This document shows, piece by piece, positions 12,394 through 23,080 of a DNA stretch of 64,000 nucleotides. Position 1 is the stretch's first letter, and each line of letters begins with the position of its first letter. Origin of the DNA: Eledone cirrhosa (taxonomy: Eukaryota); assembly GCA_964016885.1 (NCBI GenBank), contig OZ024741.1, forward strand, positions 352,532,001 to 352,596,000, written 5' to 3'. The notes beneath the pieces were generated by a model, which ran no database searches, had not been told where the DNA came from, and was given only the letters and a program-made list of their open reading frames with translations. The position numbers and the translations under genes were made by a program.

Positions 12394-15300
12394 ATCATCA
12401 TCATCATCAACGTTTAACGTCCGTGTTCCACGCTTGCATAGGTTTGGACGGGGGTAGTCCCACTTGAGGCAAGAGTGATTGTCTTGCTCGCATAGGACTG
12501 TCTGGCAGGTTTTCTACAGTTGGATGCCCTTCCTAACACCAACCACATTTACAGTGTGGGTCTGGGAGGTTTTTACCGTGTTGCCTACACGGCCACATTA
12601 CAGCGTGGACTGTGTGTTTTTTTGTCGTGACACCTACACGATCTCATTTGTTTCGGCCTCGATGGCGCGGCACCAACATAACTTTACATAGAACGGGGTG
12701 GTGTGGATGGGGTGGGGGTGGTGGTGGTGGGACGGGGTGTATTTTGTTAGAGATGCCTACTGGCTGGAGTAGGTTTTACTATATATTTAGGTAAGGCGGG
12801 TCTTCTCTGTTACTGAGTACCGCCAAAGGTCTCGGTCCAGTGACATTGTCTTGGAGAGGTGTAAGTGTGTGATGTCGGAGTTTATCAGCTCGTCCCAGGT
12901 TTTTCTAGGTCTGCCTATTCCGTGACTACCGTCTATCTTTATTGCCCTGCACTTTGTTATACAGCTATCGACTTTCATGCGCATCACGTGTCCATACCAA
13001 CGTAGCCTTCTCTCGAGTAAACAACATCTGATCCCTCTTATCTCTAATTTTTTCCTTAGTTCGTTTATGCTTTGCCGTTCACGTATATTACTGTTACACA
13101 TCCAGCGGAGCATGCAAGCTTCGTTCCTCTCTAGTCTGCGTATATCCTCTGCACACAATGCCCAGGTCTCACTGCCATGCAGCATTGCTGTTCGTATGCA
13201 GGCATCGTACAACCTGCCTTTCATTTTTAGTGAGAACCCTTTAGCAGCTAATAGTGGTATAAGCTCTCTGAACTTTTTCCAACCAGTTCTGACTCTAGCT
13301 ACAGTACTTTCAGAGCACCCTCCCCCACTGCTGATTTTATCGCCCAGGTAACGGAAGCTGTCCACTATTTCTATAGAACCCTCTGCGCAATTGAAAGAGC
13401 TAGTATTTTGTGGGCACTTGCTGCTACTTATTGCACCAGAGCACCGGCCACATGTAAAATCTATGTTCTTAGTTAGCTTACCTGTGATCCCACTACATCT
13501 TTTATGCACCCATACTTTGCATTTAGGACATAAAATGGAGTTTCTACCTACGCCTTTCCTACACACCGAGCACGACCATTTCCCAGAAGGGACCGCCGCC
13601 TTGTTTTCTTTCCTACAAACTAGTACTTTGGTCTTAGCCAGGTTAATTTTAAGTCCTTTTGACTCTAGGCCGTGCTTCCATGTTTGGAATTTCTTCTCTA
13701 GCTCGGCCATTGATTCCGCTATGAGTGTCAGGTCGTCTGCGTATAGGAGTTCCCATGGGCAGCCTGTCTTGAACTCCTCTGTTATAGCCTGAAGGGCAAT
13801 AATAAATAGTAGTGGGCTGAGAACAGAGCCCTGATGGACGCCAACTTTTACGCGAAACTCTTCACTATATTCGTTGTTAATTCTAACCTTGCTGACTGTT
13901 TCTTTATACATGGCTTGTATAGCCCTCACAAGCCATTCGTCAACGCCTAGTTTTCTAAGAGCCCACCAGATAATGGAGCGGGGCACTCTGTCGAAGGCTT
14001 TCTCCAAGTCGACAAAAGCTAAGTAGAGGGGTTTACCTTTAGCTAGGTATTTCTCCTGTAGTTGTCGTACTATGAAAAGAGCGTCTGTGGTACTTTTGCC
14101 TGACACAAACCCAAACTGCATTTCATCTAGGTCAATTCTCTCTCTGATTAGTTGCGCTATTACTTTTTCCGTGACCTTCATGACCTGGTCGATTAATTTA
14201 ATGCCTCTATAGTTACTCCTATCTAGGGCGTCTCCTTTACCCTTATAACAGTTAACGATGATGCTGCTATGCCAGTCCTTCGGAACAACCCCATTCTGTA
14301 CGACTTGGTTAACTATGCGGGTGACCATGGTGTGTCCCACCGTGCCAGATGCCTTCAGCATCTCAGCAACTATTTCCGAAGGCCCAGCCGCCTTACCCGT
14401 CTTCATATCCTTGATTGCCTTACTTATTATACTCCCCTCGACTAACACTGCTGGTCCCTCTATTGGGTCGATATGGCGGAGACTGTCTTTCTCCCATTTA
14501 TTCTCCTCATTTAGTAGCCTTTCATAGTGACACTTCCAAGCTACCTTCTTATCAGCGTCGGTGATGGCAAGTGTGCCATCGTCGTTTAGTACACACTTCT
14601 CCCCGACAATATCACGGTTTTCCTTGACGCATTGCCTAGCAATCCTGAACACCTCACGTTTTTGGTCATCGCGTTGTAGAACATGCTTGAACTTTCTTTC
14701 CTCAGCTTCCCTTCTTGCTAAGTACACTTGTCTCCTAGCTTCCCTCCTGGCCACTTGATAGTCTTCTCTACTTCCCCCATCCCGCCTTACTTTCCAAGCC
14801 TGCTTTTTGGCCTTAATTGACCCCTCCACCTTACTGTTCCACCACCATGTTACTCTCCTCCTGCCTACAGGCCTGCTCCAGCCACAGACTTCGTCTGTCG
14901 CCAACAGCAGGTTTGCTTTCAGAAATTCCCACTCTCCCTCTATATTGTCCGACTCTAAATGTTCTTCCTTACTGTCGAAAGCATCAAGTAATATGCTTTG
15001 AAATTTATTCCTGGCTGTGGGGTCCTTTAGCTTCCATATTTTTCTCCTGAGGATAGTCCTCTTCTGCTGTCGAGTACGTCTCGTCCTGACTATGAGGTCG
15101 CTAATTATCAGTCTATGTTGGGAGGTGCATTCTTCATGGGGGAGGGATTTAGTGTTTACAACAGACACTCTGTCACATCTTCTGGTAAGGATATAATCTA
15201 CCTGGCTTGTGTGTTCCCCGGATCTATAGGTGATCAGGTGATTGTCACGTTTTTTGAAGTTAGTGTTACAGATAGTTAGGTTATTTGCATCACAGAATTC

Positions 15301-15585
15301 CAGGATTCTGGAGCCTTCCTCATTTCTAGTACCAAACCCATAGCCTCCATGGATTTCGTCGTAGCCGTCACAATGTTGTCCAACGTGACCATTTAGGTCG
15401 CCTGCGATAATTATATAGTCACTGTCGGATATTTGGGAGGTAGTTAGCATCAGTGTCTCATAGAATCTGTCTTTTATAGTGCCGGGCAGCCCGGATTGGG
15501 GTGCGTACGCAGATATTACTGTCACCGTAGTTCTATTGAGGACAAGTCGTATTTTAATTATTCTGTCGTTCACAACACAGGCTCA
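12394..15585 (-). mobile_element. RTE-clade LINE, subfamily A, 5'-truncated (copy A1)
   Basis: Uninterrupted ORF, ~390-bp 3'UTR and (GAT)n tail, read as atcatcatc at 12394 on the plus strand. Confidence 0.95.
12787..15573 (-). CDS. RTE ORF: partial APE endonuclease, reverse transcriptase and PHD-type zinc finger
   Basis: EN motifs SAYAPQ, AGDLNGHVG, SQVDYIL, TSQH. RT motifs [44 protein letters not shown]4HC3 motif at 13441..13572. RTE C-terminus [19 protein letters not shown]. The N-terminus is cut by 5' truncation. Confidence 0.93.
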   Translation of the reverse strand: MNDRIIKIRLVLNRTTVTVISAYAPQSGLPGTIKDRFYETLMLTTSQISDSDYIIIAGDLNGHVGQHCDGYDEIHGGYGFGTRNEEGSRILEFCDANNLTICNTNFKKRDNHLITYRSGEHTSQVDYILTRRCDRVSVVNTKSLPHEECTSQHRLIISDLIVRTRRTRQQKRTILRRKIWKLKDPTARNKFQSILLDAFDSKEEHLESDNIEGEWEFLKANLLLATDEVCGWSRPVGRRRVTWWWNSKVEGSIKAKKQAWKVRRDGGSREDYQVARREARRQVYLARREAEERKFKHVLQRDDQKREVFRIARQCVKENRDIVGEKCVLNDDGTLAITDADKKVAWKCHYERLLNEENKWEKDSLRHIDPIEGPAVLVEGSIISKAIKDMKTGKAAGPSEIVAEMLKASGTVGHTMVTRIVNQVVQNGVVPKDWHSSIIVNCYKGKGDALDRSNYRGIKLIDQVMKVTEKVIAQLIRERIDLDEMQFGFVSGKSTTDALFIVRQLQEKYLAKGKPLYLAFVDLEKAFDRVPRSIIWWALRKLGVDEWLVRAIQAMYKETVSKVRINNEYSEEFRVKVGVHQGSVLSPLLFIIALQAITEEFKTGCPWELLYADDLTLIAESMAELEKKFQTWKHGLESKGLKINLAKTKVLVCRKENKAAVPSGKWSCSVCRKGVGRNSILCPKCKVWVHKRCSGITGKLTKNIDFTCGRCSGAISSSKCPQNTSSFNCAEGSIEIVDSFRYLGDKISSGGGCSESTVARVRTGWKKFRELIPLLAAKGFSLKMKGRLYDACIRTAMLHGSETWALCAEDIRRLERNEACMLRWMCNSNIRERQSINELRKKLEIRGIRCCLLERRLRWYGHVMRMKVDSCITKCRAIKIDGSHGIGRPRKTWDELINSDITHLHLSKTMSLDRDLWRYSVTEKTRLT

Positions 15586-16786
15586 CTTACAAAAATACAC
15601 ACTCAGACATACATTCACACTCAGACATACATTCACACACACACATACATTTACACACACATACACATACTCGCACACAGCATAGCAAATGGAACGCAAC
15701 CGCTCTTTTGCTATAGTTTTTTCACCGTCCCCTTTCATCCTTTTATACACACATACATTCACACAAACACACACACACACGCACACACATTATGTGACTG
15801 ACAGACGGATGTCACTCAGATTTATATATAGAAGCTTGTAGGATGTGTTTGGCGGTAGATTTAGTTGCTATATTTAAGTGTTCAAACAACCAAATACATG
15901 TTCCCATATAAACTTTTCATTGTGATGTTTGTCAACTCTGATTGAAGGTATTGTTGTTTAGCCCCTGGTCATCTCTGATTGAGTAAGCAATCATTCTGTG
16001 TCCATTCCACATGTTTCCTTTGTTAAAAAAACTCAAGACCACATTATTCAATGATATTTTTAAAAAGATGGTATGGTGTGATTTGAGGTAGATATGGCTT
16101 CTGTTTCTAGCAAGTCAAGTGACCATGTAGAGGCTTCCTGCTTGTCTTGTGGCCAGTTCAGACTGGTGGTGGTCATGGTGGTGCTTGTAGTAGTGTCAGT
16201 AGTGATGTATTTCATCCATATCCCCCTACCCCAGTAACAGCTTATAAGAAAGGAAGTGAGATATTATTAATTGAAGTGTCTTATACTGTGGCTGGTTTCT
16301 GGAGTTTAAAGTGGTGTGTGTGTGTCCTGTGTGTCCTGTGTTTGTGTGTGCGCCCTGTGTATGTGTGTGTGTGCATGTGTGTATGTGTGACCTCTTTGTG
16401 TGTGTCGGTGTCCTGTGTTTGTGTGTGTGTGTCCTGTGTTTGTATGTGTGTGTAGCCTGTGTGTGTCTGTGAGGGGGAGGGGGGGGGCTGTGTGTGTGTG
16501 TCTGTGTCCTGTGTGTGTGAGTCCTGTGTATGTGTGTGTGCACGCATGTATGCGTGTGTGTGTGTGTGTGTTTGTTTTCTCCCCACCCTCTTCTCTTCCA
16601 CATTTCTGTCTGTTTCTATCTGTCTCTCTCTCGTGACATCAATTTGTACCTCTGCATGTCTGAGTGTGCCCGAGAGGTTTAGCTATAATGTGCACACATG
16701 TTGTTTATACATTTACATTAATAAATACAATGTGGGGAACCTTATTATGTGTGTGTGATGTTCCTTATACACACACACACAGTGTG

Positions 16787-17153
16787 TTTCATCCTTTCAT
16801 TTTACGTCCGCTTTTCCCTGCTTGTCTTGCTCATACGGGAACTGATTCTGGCTTGATTTCTACAGCTGGATGCCCTTCCTAACACCAACCTCATTTACAG
16901 TGAGTGCTGGGTGCTTTTTTTCCGTGGCACCTACACGTCCACTTTTGAGTGGAATAATAGGGACCCCAATCCTATCATCTCATTTCTACAGCTGAGTAAA
17001 CTGGAGCAATGTGAAATAAAGTGTCTTGCTCAAGGAAACAACACATCACCCGGTCTGAGAATTGAACTCACAACCTTTCGTTCAATTCTCAGACCGGGTG
17101 ATGTGTTTCCTTGAGCAAGAACCCATGCTAGCGTGGAAGAATGGACGTAAAAC

Positions 17154-17185
<32 letters not shown>
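16787..17185 (-). mobile_element. CORE-like SINE with RTE-B tail, fused to an inverted partial copy
   Basis: 16787..17079 is the reverse complement of the SINE at 60742..61122. 17080..17120 is an inverted copy of its head, followed by an RTE-B 3' end and (GAT)n. Confidence 0.75.
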
Positions 17186-17186
<1 letters not shown>

Positions 17187-17596
17187 ATATATATATATAT
17201 ATATATATATTAGTGTGTGTATGTGTCTATGTATGTGTGTATGTATGTGTATGTGTGTATGTGTGTATGTATATATATAGTGTGTATGTATATATAGTGT
17301 GTATGTATGTATGTATATATAGTGTGTATGTATGTATGTATATATAGTGTGTATATATAGTGTGTATGTGTGTGTGTATGTATATATATATAGTGTGTAT
17401 GTATATATATAGTGTGTATGTGTGTGTGTATGTATATATAGTGTGTATGTATATATATAGTATGTGTGTGTGTATGTATATATAGTGTGTATGTATATAT
17501 ATAGTATGTGTGTGTGTATGTATATATAGTGTATGTATATATATAGTGTGTATGTGTGTATGTATATATATAGTGTGTATGTATATATAGTGTGTA

Positions 17597-17645
<49 letters not shown>

Positions 17646-17675
17646 TGTGTATGTATATATAGTATATATGTATAG
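17186..17675. repeat. Compound (TA)n/(TG)n/(TATG)n microsatellite
   Basis: Direct inspection. Confidence 0.9.
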
Positions 17676-18491
17676 TGATGTCAGGTCACCAGTTGGTGCT
17701 ACTGGTAACATGTATCCCAGTACAACCTGTCTCATGGTCGGGTCGTTGGCGACTAAACTGGCAACCCCACCAAAGTTTCTTGGTGAGGAGGGTGACTTTG
17801 GACATCCTGCAGGACTAAAAACAAAACCTGTCAAAGGGCAAAGGAGCTCTTAAGAGTCAATGGCCATCCAAAATCACCGGGAGAGATGACCCCTTAGCCT
17901 TTGTAAAGGCAGAATTCTAGGAGAAGGAAAACTCTGATATAACACCTGCAACCCTGACGGTATCCAATGATGTTGACTTGTTCTTCCTTTTGGTAAATAT
18001 CATCTTGGTTAAGAGAGTGGGACTGGCTTTGTGCAGTGCCTTTGCTCACTATAAAAGTTTCACGGCACAGGCATTGCTTTATATCTAGAGATCTCTCTGC
18101 ACTTGTCGTCACATGGAACCATGGGCCCAGCACTATGTGTCAATAATTGTCACAAGTGTAGTGTTTGTACCAGAGTTTTCAAGTCGCTGGCTGGACTAAA
18201 ATGTCACACTCGTTCAGCGCATCGGTAGGGGTTCTCCTACATGGATATAAAGTAGTGGCCGTACTCGAAAACGAGTTGGCAGCCACCATAGTGTGTATAG
18301 TGTGTGTATTATGTTAGTGTGTGTATGTATATATAGTGTGTGTGTATGTATATATAATATAATATATAATATAATATATAATATAATGAAATTATTGTAT
18401 AAAGTGCTCAGGTGCACTACAACTTGTCAAAGGTGTATGTATAGTACATAGAATAATACACAAATGTCAGGGAAGTACGTATGTGTATGTG

Positions 18492-21190
18492 TTAGCTGTA
18501 GTGTTGGCGAATCTCAGGAAGCATGGCGGCCTTAAAGGATGCAGTGTGTCGACAGCTAACAACCGATGCAGGTACTTTGTTCCATGCTTCAGCAACTCTT
18601 GAGCGTGAAAAAATGTTTCCAAAAGTCATGGGAACTGTGCTGTTTTCTGACTTTGTTAGACACATAGAAATTGTTAGACACATAGAAATCAAAAAGGTAC
18701 TCAGTGTTGTTGTTGGCAAGATGGTTAACAATTTTGTGGGTGTTTACCAAGTCAGTTGCCAGGCGTCGGAGCTTCAATGTATCCACCCCAGGGAAGCAAG
18801 ACGCTCAGAGTATGGTAGATGCCTGATGGAGGGTATTCGCTTGGTTGCACGTCTCTGAACAGTTTCCAGGCGGTCAATGTTCTGAGCAAGATAGGGGTTC
18901 CAGACTGGTGATGCAAATTCTAAGTGTGGCCGCACCATAGCCATGTACAGCCTTAAATAGATAGCTGGAGAGCGGCTGACAAAGGTCTTGCTGAGTGATG
19001 CTAAGACACCCTCGGCCCTCTTGACAATTTTAGAGACGTGCTTCGTCCAACGCAAATCGTTGCTGACTGTAATGCCCAGGTCACGTTCACAAGAAGACTT
19101 CTTGATATTAGTGCTGTGGAGGGAGTATGTGGACGCTGGGTTTTTACTCCCAAAATGCATGGTGGTGCAGTTGTCCACAGCTAGCTTGAGTTGCCAGTCT
19201 GAGATCCATTGTTGCATTGTGTCCAGGTCAGACTGCAAGCAAGATCTATAGTGCTCAGGATCTGTCCTTTTTATCTCAAGGTACAGCTTGATGTCATCTG
19301 CATACTTTAGTACTGTGGCATTCTTTAAGTTGGCATCTATGTCATTGATATATGCCACAAACAAAAGGGGGCCAAGAACAGATCCCTGTGGTACACCAGA
19401 TGACATCTTATATGGTGAGGAATGCTGTCCCAGAACCGTGACTACCTCTCTTCAGTTAAAAAGATCATCCCTCACACCCATTGCAGAGAATTTTGCCATA
19501 AGCCTTTTGTGTGGCACAGAATTGAAAGCTTTCGCAAAGTCAAGGTAAACAACATCCACCCATGAGCTGCCATCAGTGATCTGGGTGATGTCTTCAAGAA
19601 ACTCGATAAGTTGATCACAGCAGCTGGAGTTGGGGATAAATCCAAATTGCGAGGGCCGGATAAGACTGTGAGAGTTCCAGAAGTTCCAAAGTGTTTCTCT
19701 GACACATGATTCCATCAGTTTGGCAAATCAACTAGCAAGGCTGACTGGACGATAGTTCACAGGTGATGTGCGGTCACCCTTTTTGAACAGAGGAATGACA
19801 CTGGCAGTGTTCCACTGTTCTGGAGTAGCACTGTTGTTCAGACAGAATTGGAAGAAGCATGATAACTGGTGCAGAAGGAAGTACCCACCACGTTTAAGAA
19901 GTAGGTACGTAACACCATCAAGACCAGGAGAGGCATGGTTGCGTTTTTAGGTGACGTCGCAGCATTGCAGGTGTAAATTCCATGGTTGTAATAGAATCCG
20001 GTGTCATAGGTGGTGGAGACGGTACACTCTGGTCTTCAATAGTGAAAATGTCAGCATAGCATTCAGCAATGAGCTCTGCGCATTCCTTGGGGTCGTCAGT
20101 AACCTGGCTTGTGTGGGGATTGTGAAGAGGACCAACTGGAGAGTGAGGCCTCTGCTTTGAGTGAACATACTTCCAGAACACCTTACTGTCAGGGCTGGTT
20201 GCTATGCACTGCCTTTTTTGTCACCTGTTTGAGGTGGTTGGACGATCTATTTCGCCTCTTCCTATTACTGTCTGATTTGTGCAGTTTGTACTCATGTTCA
20301 GCATTGCGACGTTCTTTTCTGGCAAGACGGACTGCTGCAGTCTCCCAAATTGCACTTTTGGGATGTTTTTTTCCGCTTACGTGGCACTGATGCTGCACAT
20401 GCTGTCCATATTGAGCTCAGGATGTTCTGGAGTACAGTGTTGACATCTCCAGAGTCGTAGAACTCAAGCCAGTTTGGCTGTTGCAACTCGGTGCAGTAAC
20501 AGTTCCAGTCTGCTTTATTCCAGTCAAAATGAGCAGCTTGGAGATGGTTGTGGTTCTTGTTACTGCCCATGAGGGATAGATTGGCAAGGATCATAGCATG
20601 ATCAGTCACCTAAAGGTTCCTCAGCAGTAACACTAATGACTGTTTCAGGAGTAGTGGTGAAGAGTAGGTCCAAAGTGTTGTCACTTCTTGTTGGGGAGGT
20701 GACTATTTGGGACCAATTCGAGTCCAGCACTAGCTCAAGGAAGTCATTTGCTCTTGGCGGCCAACGAAAGGTTTCCCAGTCAATCTCAGGGTGATTGAAG
20801 TCTCCTGCAATGAAAACATAAGTGGCTGTTTTCCTGCCAGCAACTCTGAGGATATCACAAAGTTGAGTGTCCTGATGGTAATTTGGGGGACGGTAAACGA
20901 CTCCAAGTAGCAGTGTTGACATGGTCATACGTATATCGGAGAAAAAAACTTCCTGCTGTGATTGGTTCAAATCAACACAAGGAATTGCCGACAAATTTGA
21001 CCGAACGTAGACCATTACACAACCACCACAACGATTAATGCGGTCTTTACAAAACAGGTTGTAGCCAGTTATGCTGAAAACCCCATCACAGAGTAAGGGA
21101 TGTGCCCAAGTTTCCGTGACTGTAATGAAGTCAGGGTTGATACTTTTGACGTAGGAGTCAAAAAAATGAATCTTATTGCAATCTTATGTG
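18492..21190 (-). pseudogene. CR1 ORF2 (endonuclease and reverse transcriptase), frameshifted
   Basis: Fragments VYRPP, AGDFNHPEIDW, PTRSDNTLDL, FWKYVHSK, QFGF, VYLDFAKAFNSVPH, GVPQGSVLGPLLF, YADDIKL, RDLGI and VRPHLEFASPVWNPY in different frames. Confidence 0.9.
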
Positions 21191-21231
21191 CATTCAAGGA
21201 CAACAATTTGTACCTTGATTCCAGTATATGA

Positions 21232-21840
21232 TTATGTGCAGGGGATGGCAGGTTGTTCTGATTTAGTTTCCCAGAGTTTTTTCAGTTTCTTTATTGTCAG
21301 TTCTTGTGGGTACAGTGTTTTCAGACCACCCTTAACAAACTTCCATATCTGCCCATCATCGCGTAGGCTGAAGCTTTCATGTTCTGCCGAGCTGCGGTTT
21401 AAGGAAGCTGCAGCACGCAACTTTGGGCGGACATCAGGTGGAAGACTAGGGCGTGTTCGGAAAGCAATCCGACTTTCACGATTAGCTTTATCAGAGGCTA
21501 CAAGGTATGAACGTGCCTCAGTTGAGTCAGAAAATGACAGTCTAATTAGCCTGGGTTTCGGGCCTGGTCGGCCAAGGCGTAGAGTACCCTTTGTGGGAGC
21601 ACAGCCCAAGTCTTTGGATGAACTGGCAGCAAATGCCTGAAGATCAACTACGTCTTCTGGTACACCAATGGCAATCACTTCGTGGTTTGCAGATTCAGTG
21701 GCATTCTCAATGCGTCTAGGTTCAACATGAGGTACGCGGAGATTTTTTAACAAGGCACTCCGGTAAGATCCCTCATTGTGGGGTTCTACACGAACGCTTG
21801 ATTTTATTCCCGCTATTTCTCGGCTTAAAGCGGAAATCAT
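21232..21840 (-). CDS. Putative CR1 ORF1 protein (202 aa)
   Basis: Directly upstream of ORF2 on the same strand. VIAIGVPE ... RLGRPGPKPRLIRLSF resembles RRM-type LINE ORF1 proteins. Confidence 0.65.
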   Translation of the reverse strand: MISALSREIAGIKSSVRVEPHNEGSYRSALLKNLRVPHVEPRRIENATESANHEVIAIGVPEDVVDLQAFAASSSKDLGCAPTKGTLRLGRPGPKPRLIRLSFSDSTEARSYLVASDKANRESRIAFRTRPSLPPDVRPKLRAAASLNRSSAEHESFSLRDDGQIWKFVKGGLKTLYPQELTIKKLKKLWETKSEQPAIPCT

Positions 21841-21939
21841 TTGCTGTATTTCCTCAAACTCCGTATGTGTGTATATATGTATATAGTGTGTGTGTATGTA
21901 TGTATATAGTGTATGTGTGTGTGTGTATCTATGTATATA

Positions 21940-21996
<57 letters not shown>

Positions 21997-22764
21997 GTAT
22001 ATGTGTGTGTGTATATATATATAGTGTGTGCATTTTATTTATATGAGAGTGTGGGGACGCATGTATTTATATGTGTAAGTATGTACTATTAATAGGTAAG
22101 GAAGTTAAGTAGCAAAAGGCATTAATTAAGCATATGATAATGTGACTAACATGTTACTGTATAATTTGGCTTTGTTTTAGATAAAACTTTGTAATATATA
22201 CATATGTATATGCCCATGCATGTATTGTGTGTGTATATAGATAGAAAGGTAGCATATTGGTAGGAGAGAATGCTTTGTGGTATTTGTTCTAGCTCTCTGC
22301 TCTGAGTTCAAATCCTGCCGAGGGCAGCTTTGCCTTTTACTCTTTGAGGTTAATAAATGACCGTTCAGTACTGGGTTGATTCCTTCTCTATTTTTCTGTC
22401 GCACTTGCTCTTCTCCTAAAAAGAAAAATCATAAAACATATTTAGATAGGTATACATAGACTCATACATGCAATTGTGTATGCATATGTACATTTTTATT
22501 ATGACACAGATATACTGCATGTAGGTTATCATGTACAAATTAATGACATGCGGTCATCCTTTGAAATTCCATCACCATTGTAGTATGTTCATGAACAAGG
22601 TACATAACTCTGCTTGCTTCAGTTTGCCTGACTGACAGTGTGTGCCTCTTCAGTTTCACGACTGAGCATTTTTCATGTTTCTATGATATACATCACATCT
22701 GATCAGCTGCAGATAAGATAGAGGCGGGTCAGTTGGCATGCGCCTACAAATTTTAGGAGCCTAG

Positions 22765-23080
22765 GGATGTGGCTTAGTGGTTTGGGTGTTCAGCTCACAA
22801 TCATAAGGTCATGAGTTCGATTTCTAGTGGTGTGTTGTATCCTTGAGCAAGATACTTAATTTCAAATTGCTCCAGTTATTTCAGCTTGCAAAAATGAATT
22901 GTCCTTGTAATTCAAAAGACCAGCCTTGTCACAAACTGTCATGCTGAATCTCCCTGAGAACTACACTAAGTGTAAACGTTTCTGGAATGTTAAGTTGGTT
23001 ACACATTAATTTCACAATCAGGCTGTTTTGTTGTTCAAACAACTGGAACTCTTGTCATCAGAACTGACAGAGGTCCAAGG
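22765..23080 (+). mobile_element. tRNA-derived SINE, CORE-like group
   Basis: gtggcttagtgg (A box), gagttcgattt (B box), tccttgagcaagatactt core. Confidence 0.7.

Larger units (their letters stand above)
18355..21863 (-). mobile_element. CR1-clade LINE, near full length, degenerate
   Basis: ORF1-like frame, then fragmented EN and RT, a short 3'UTR (gacaagttgtagtgcacctgagcac) and a simple-repeat tail. Confidence 0.88.

Noticed and set aside
12977-15050. Antisense ORFs over RTE copies (also 37312..38427 and 43994..45844)
   Set aside because: Shadow frames of the RT coding strand; they recur only because the element is repeated.
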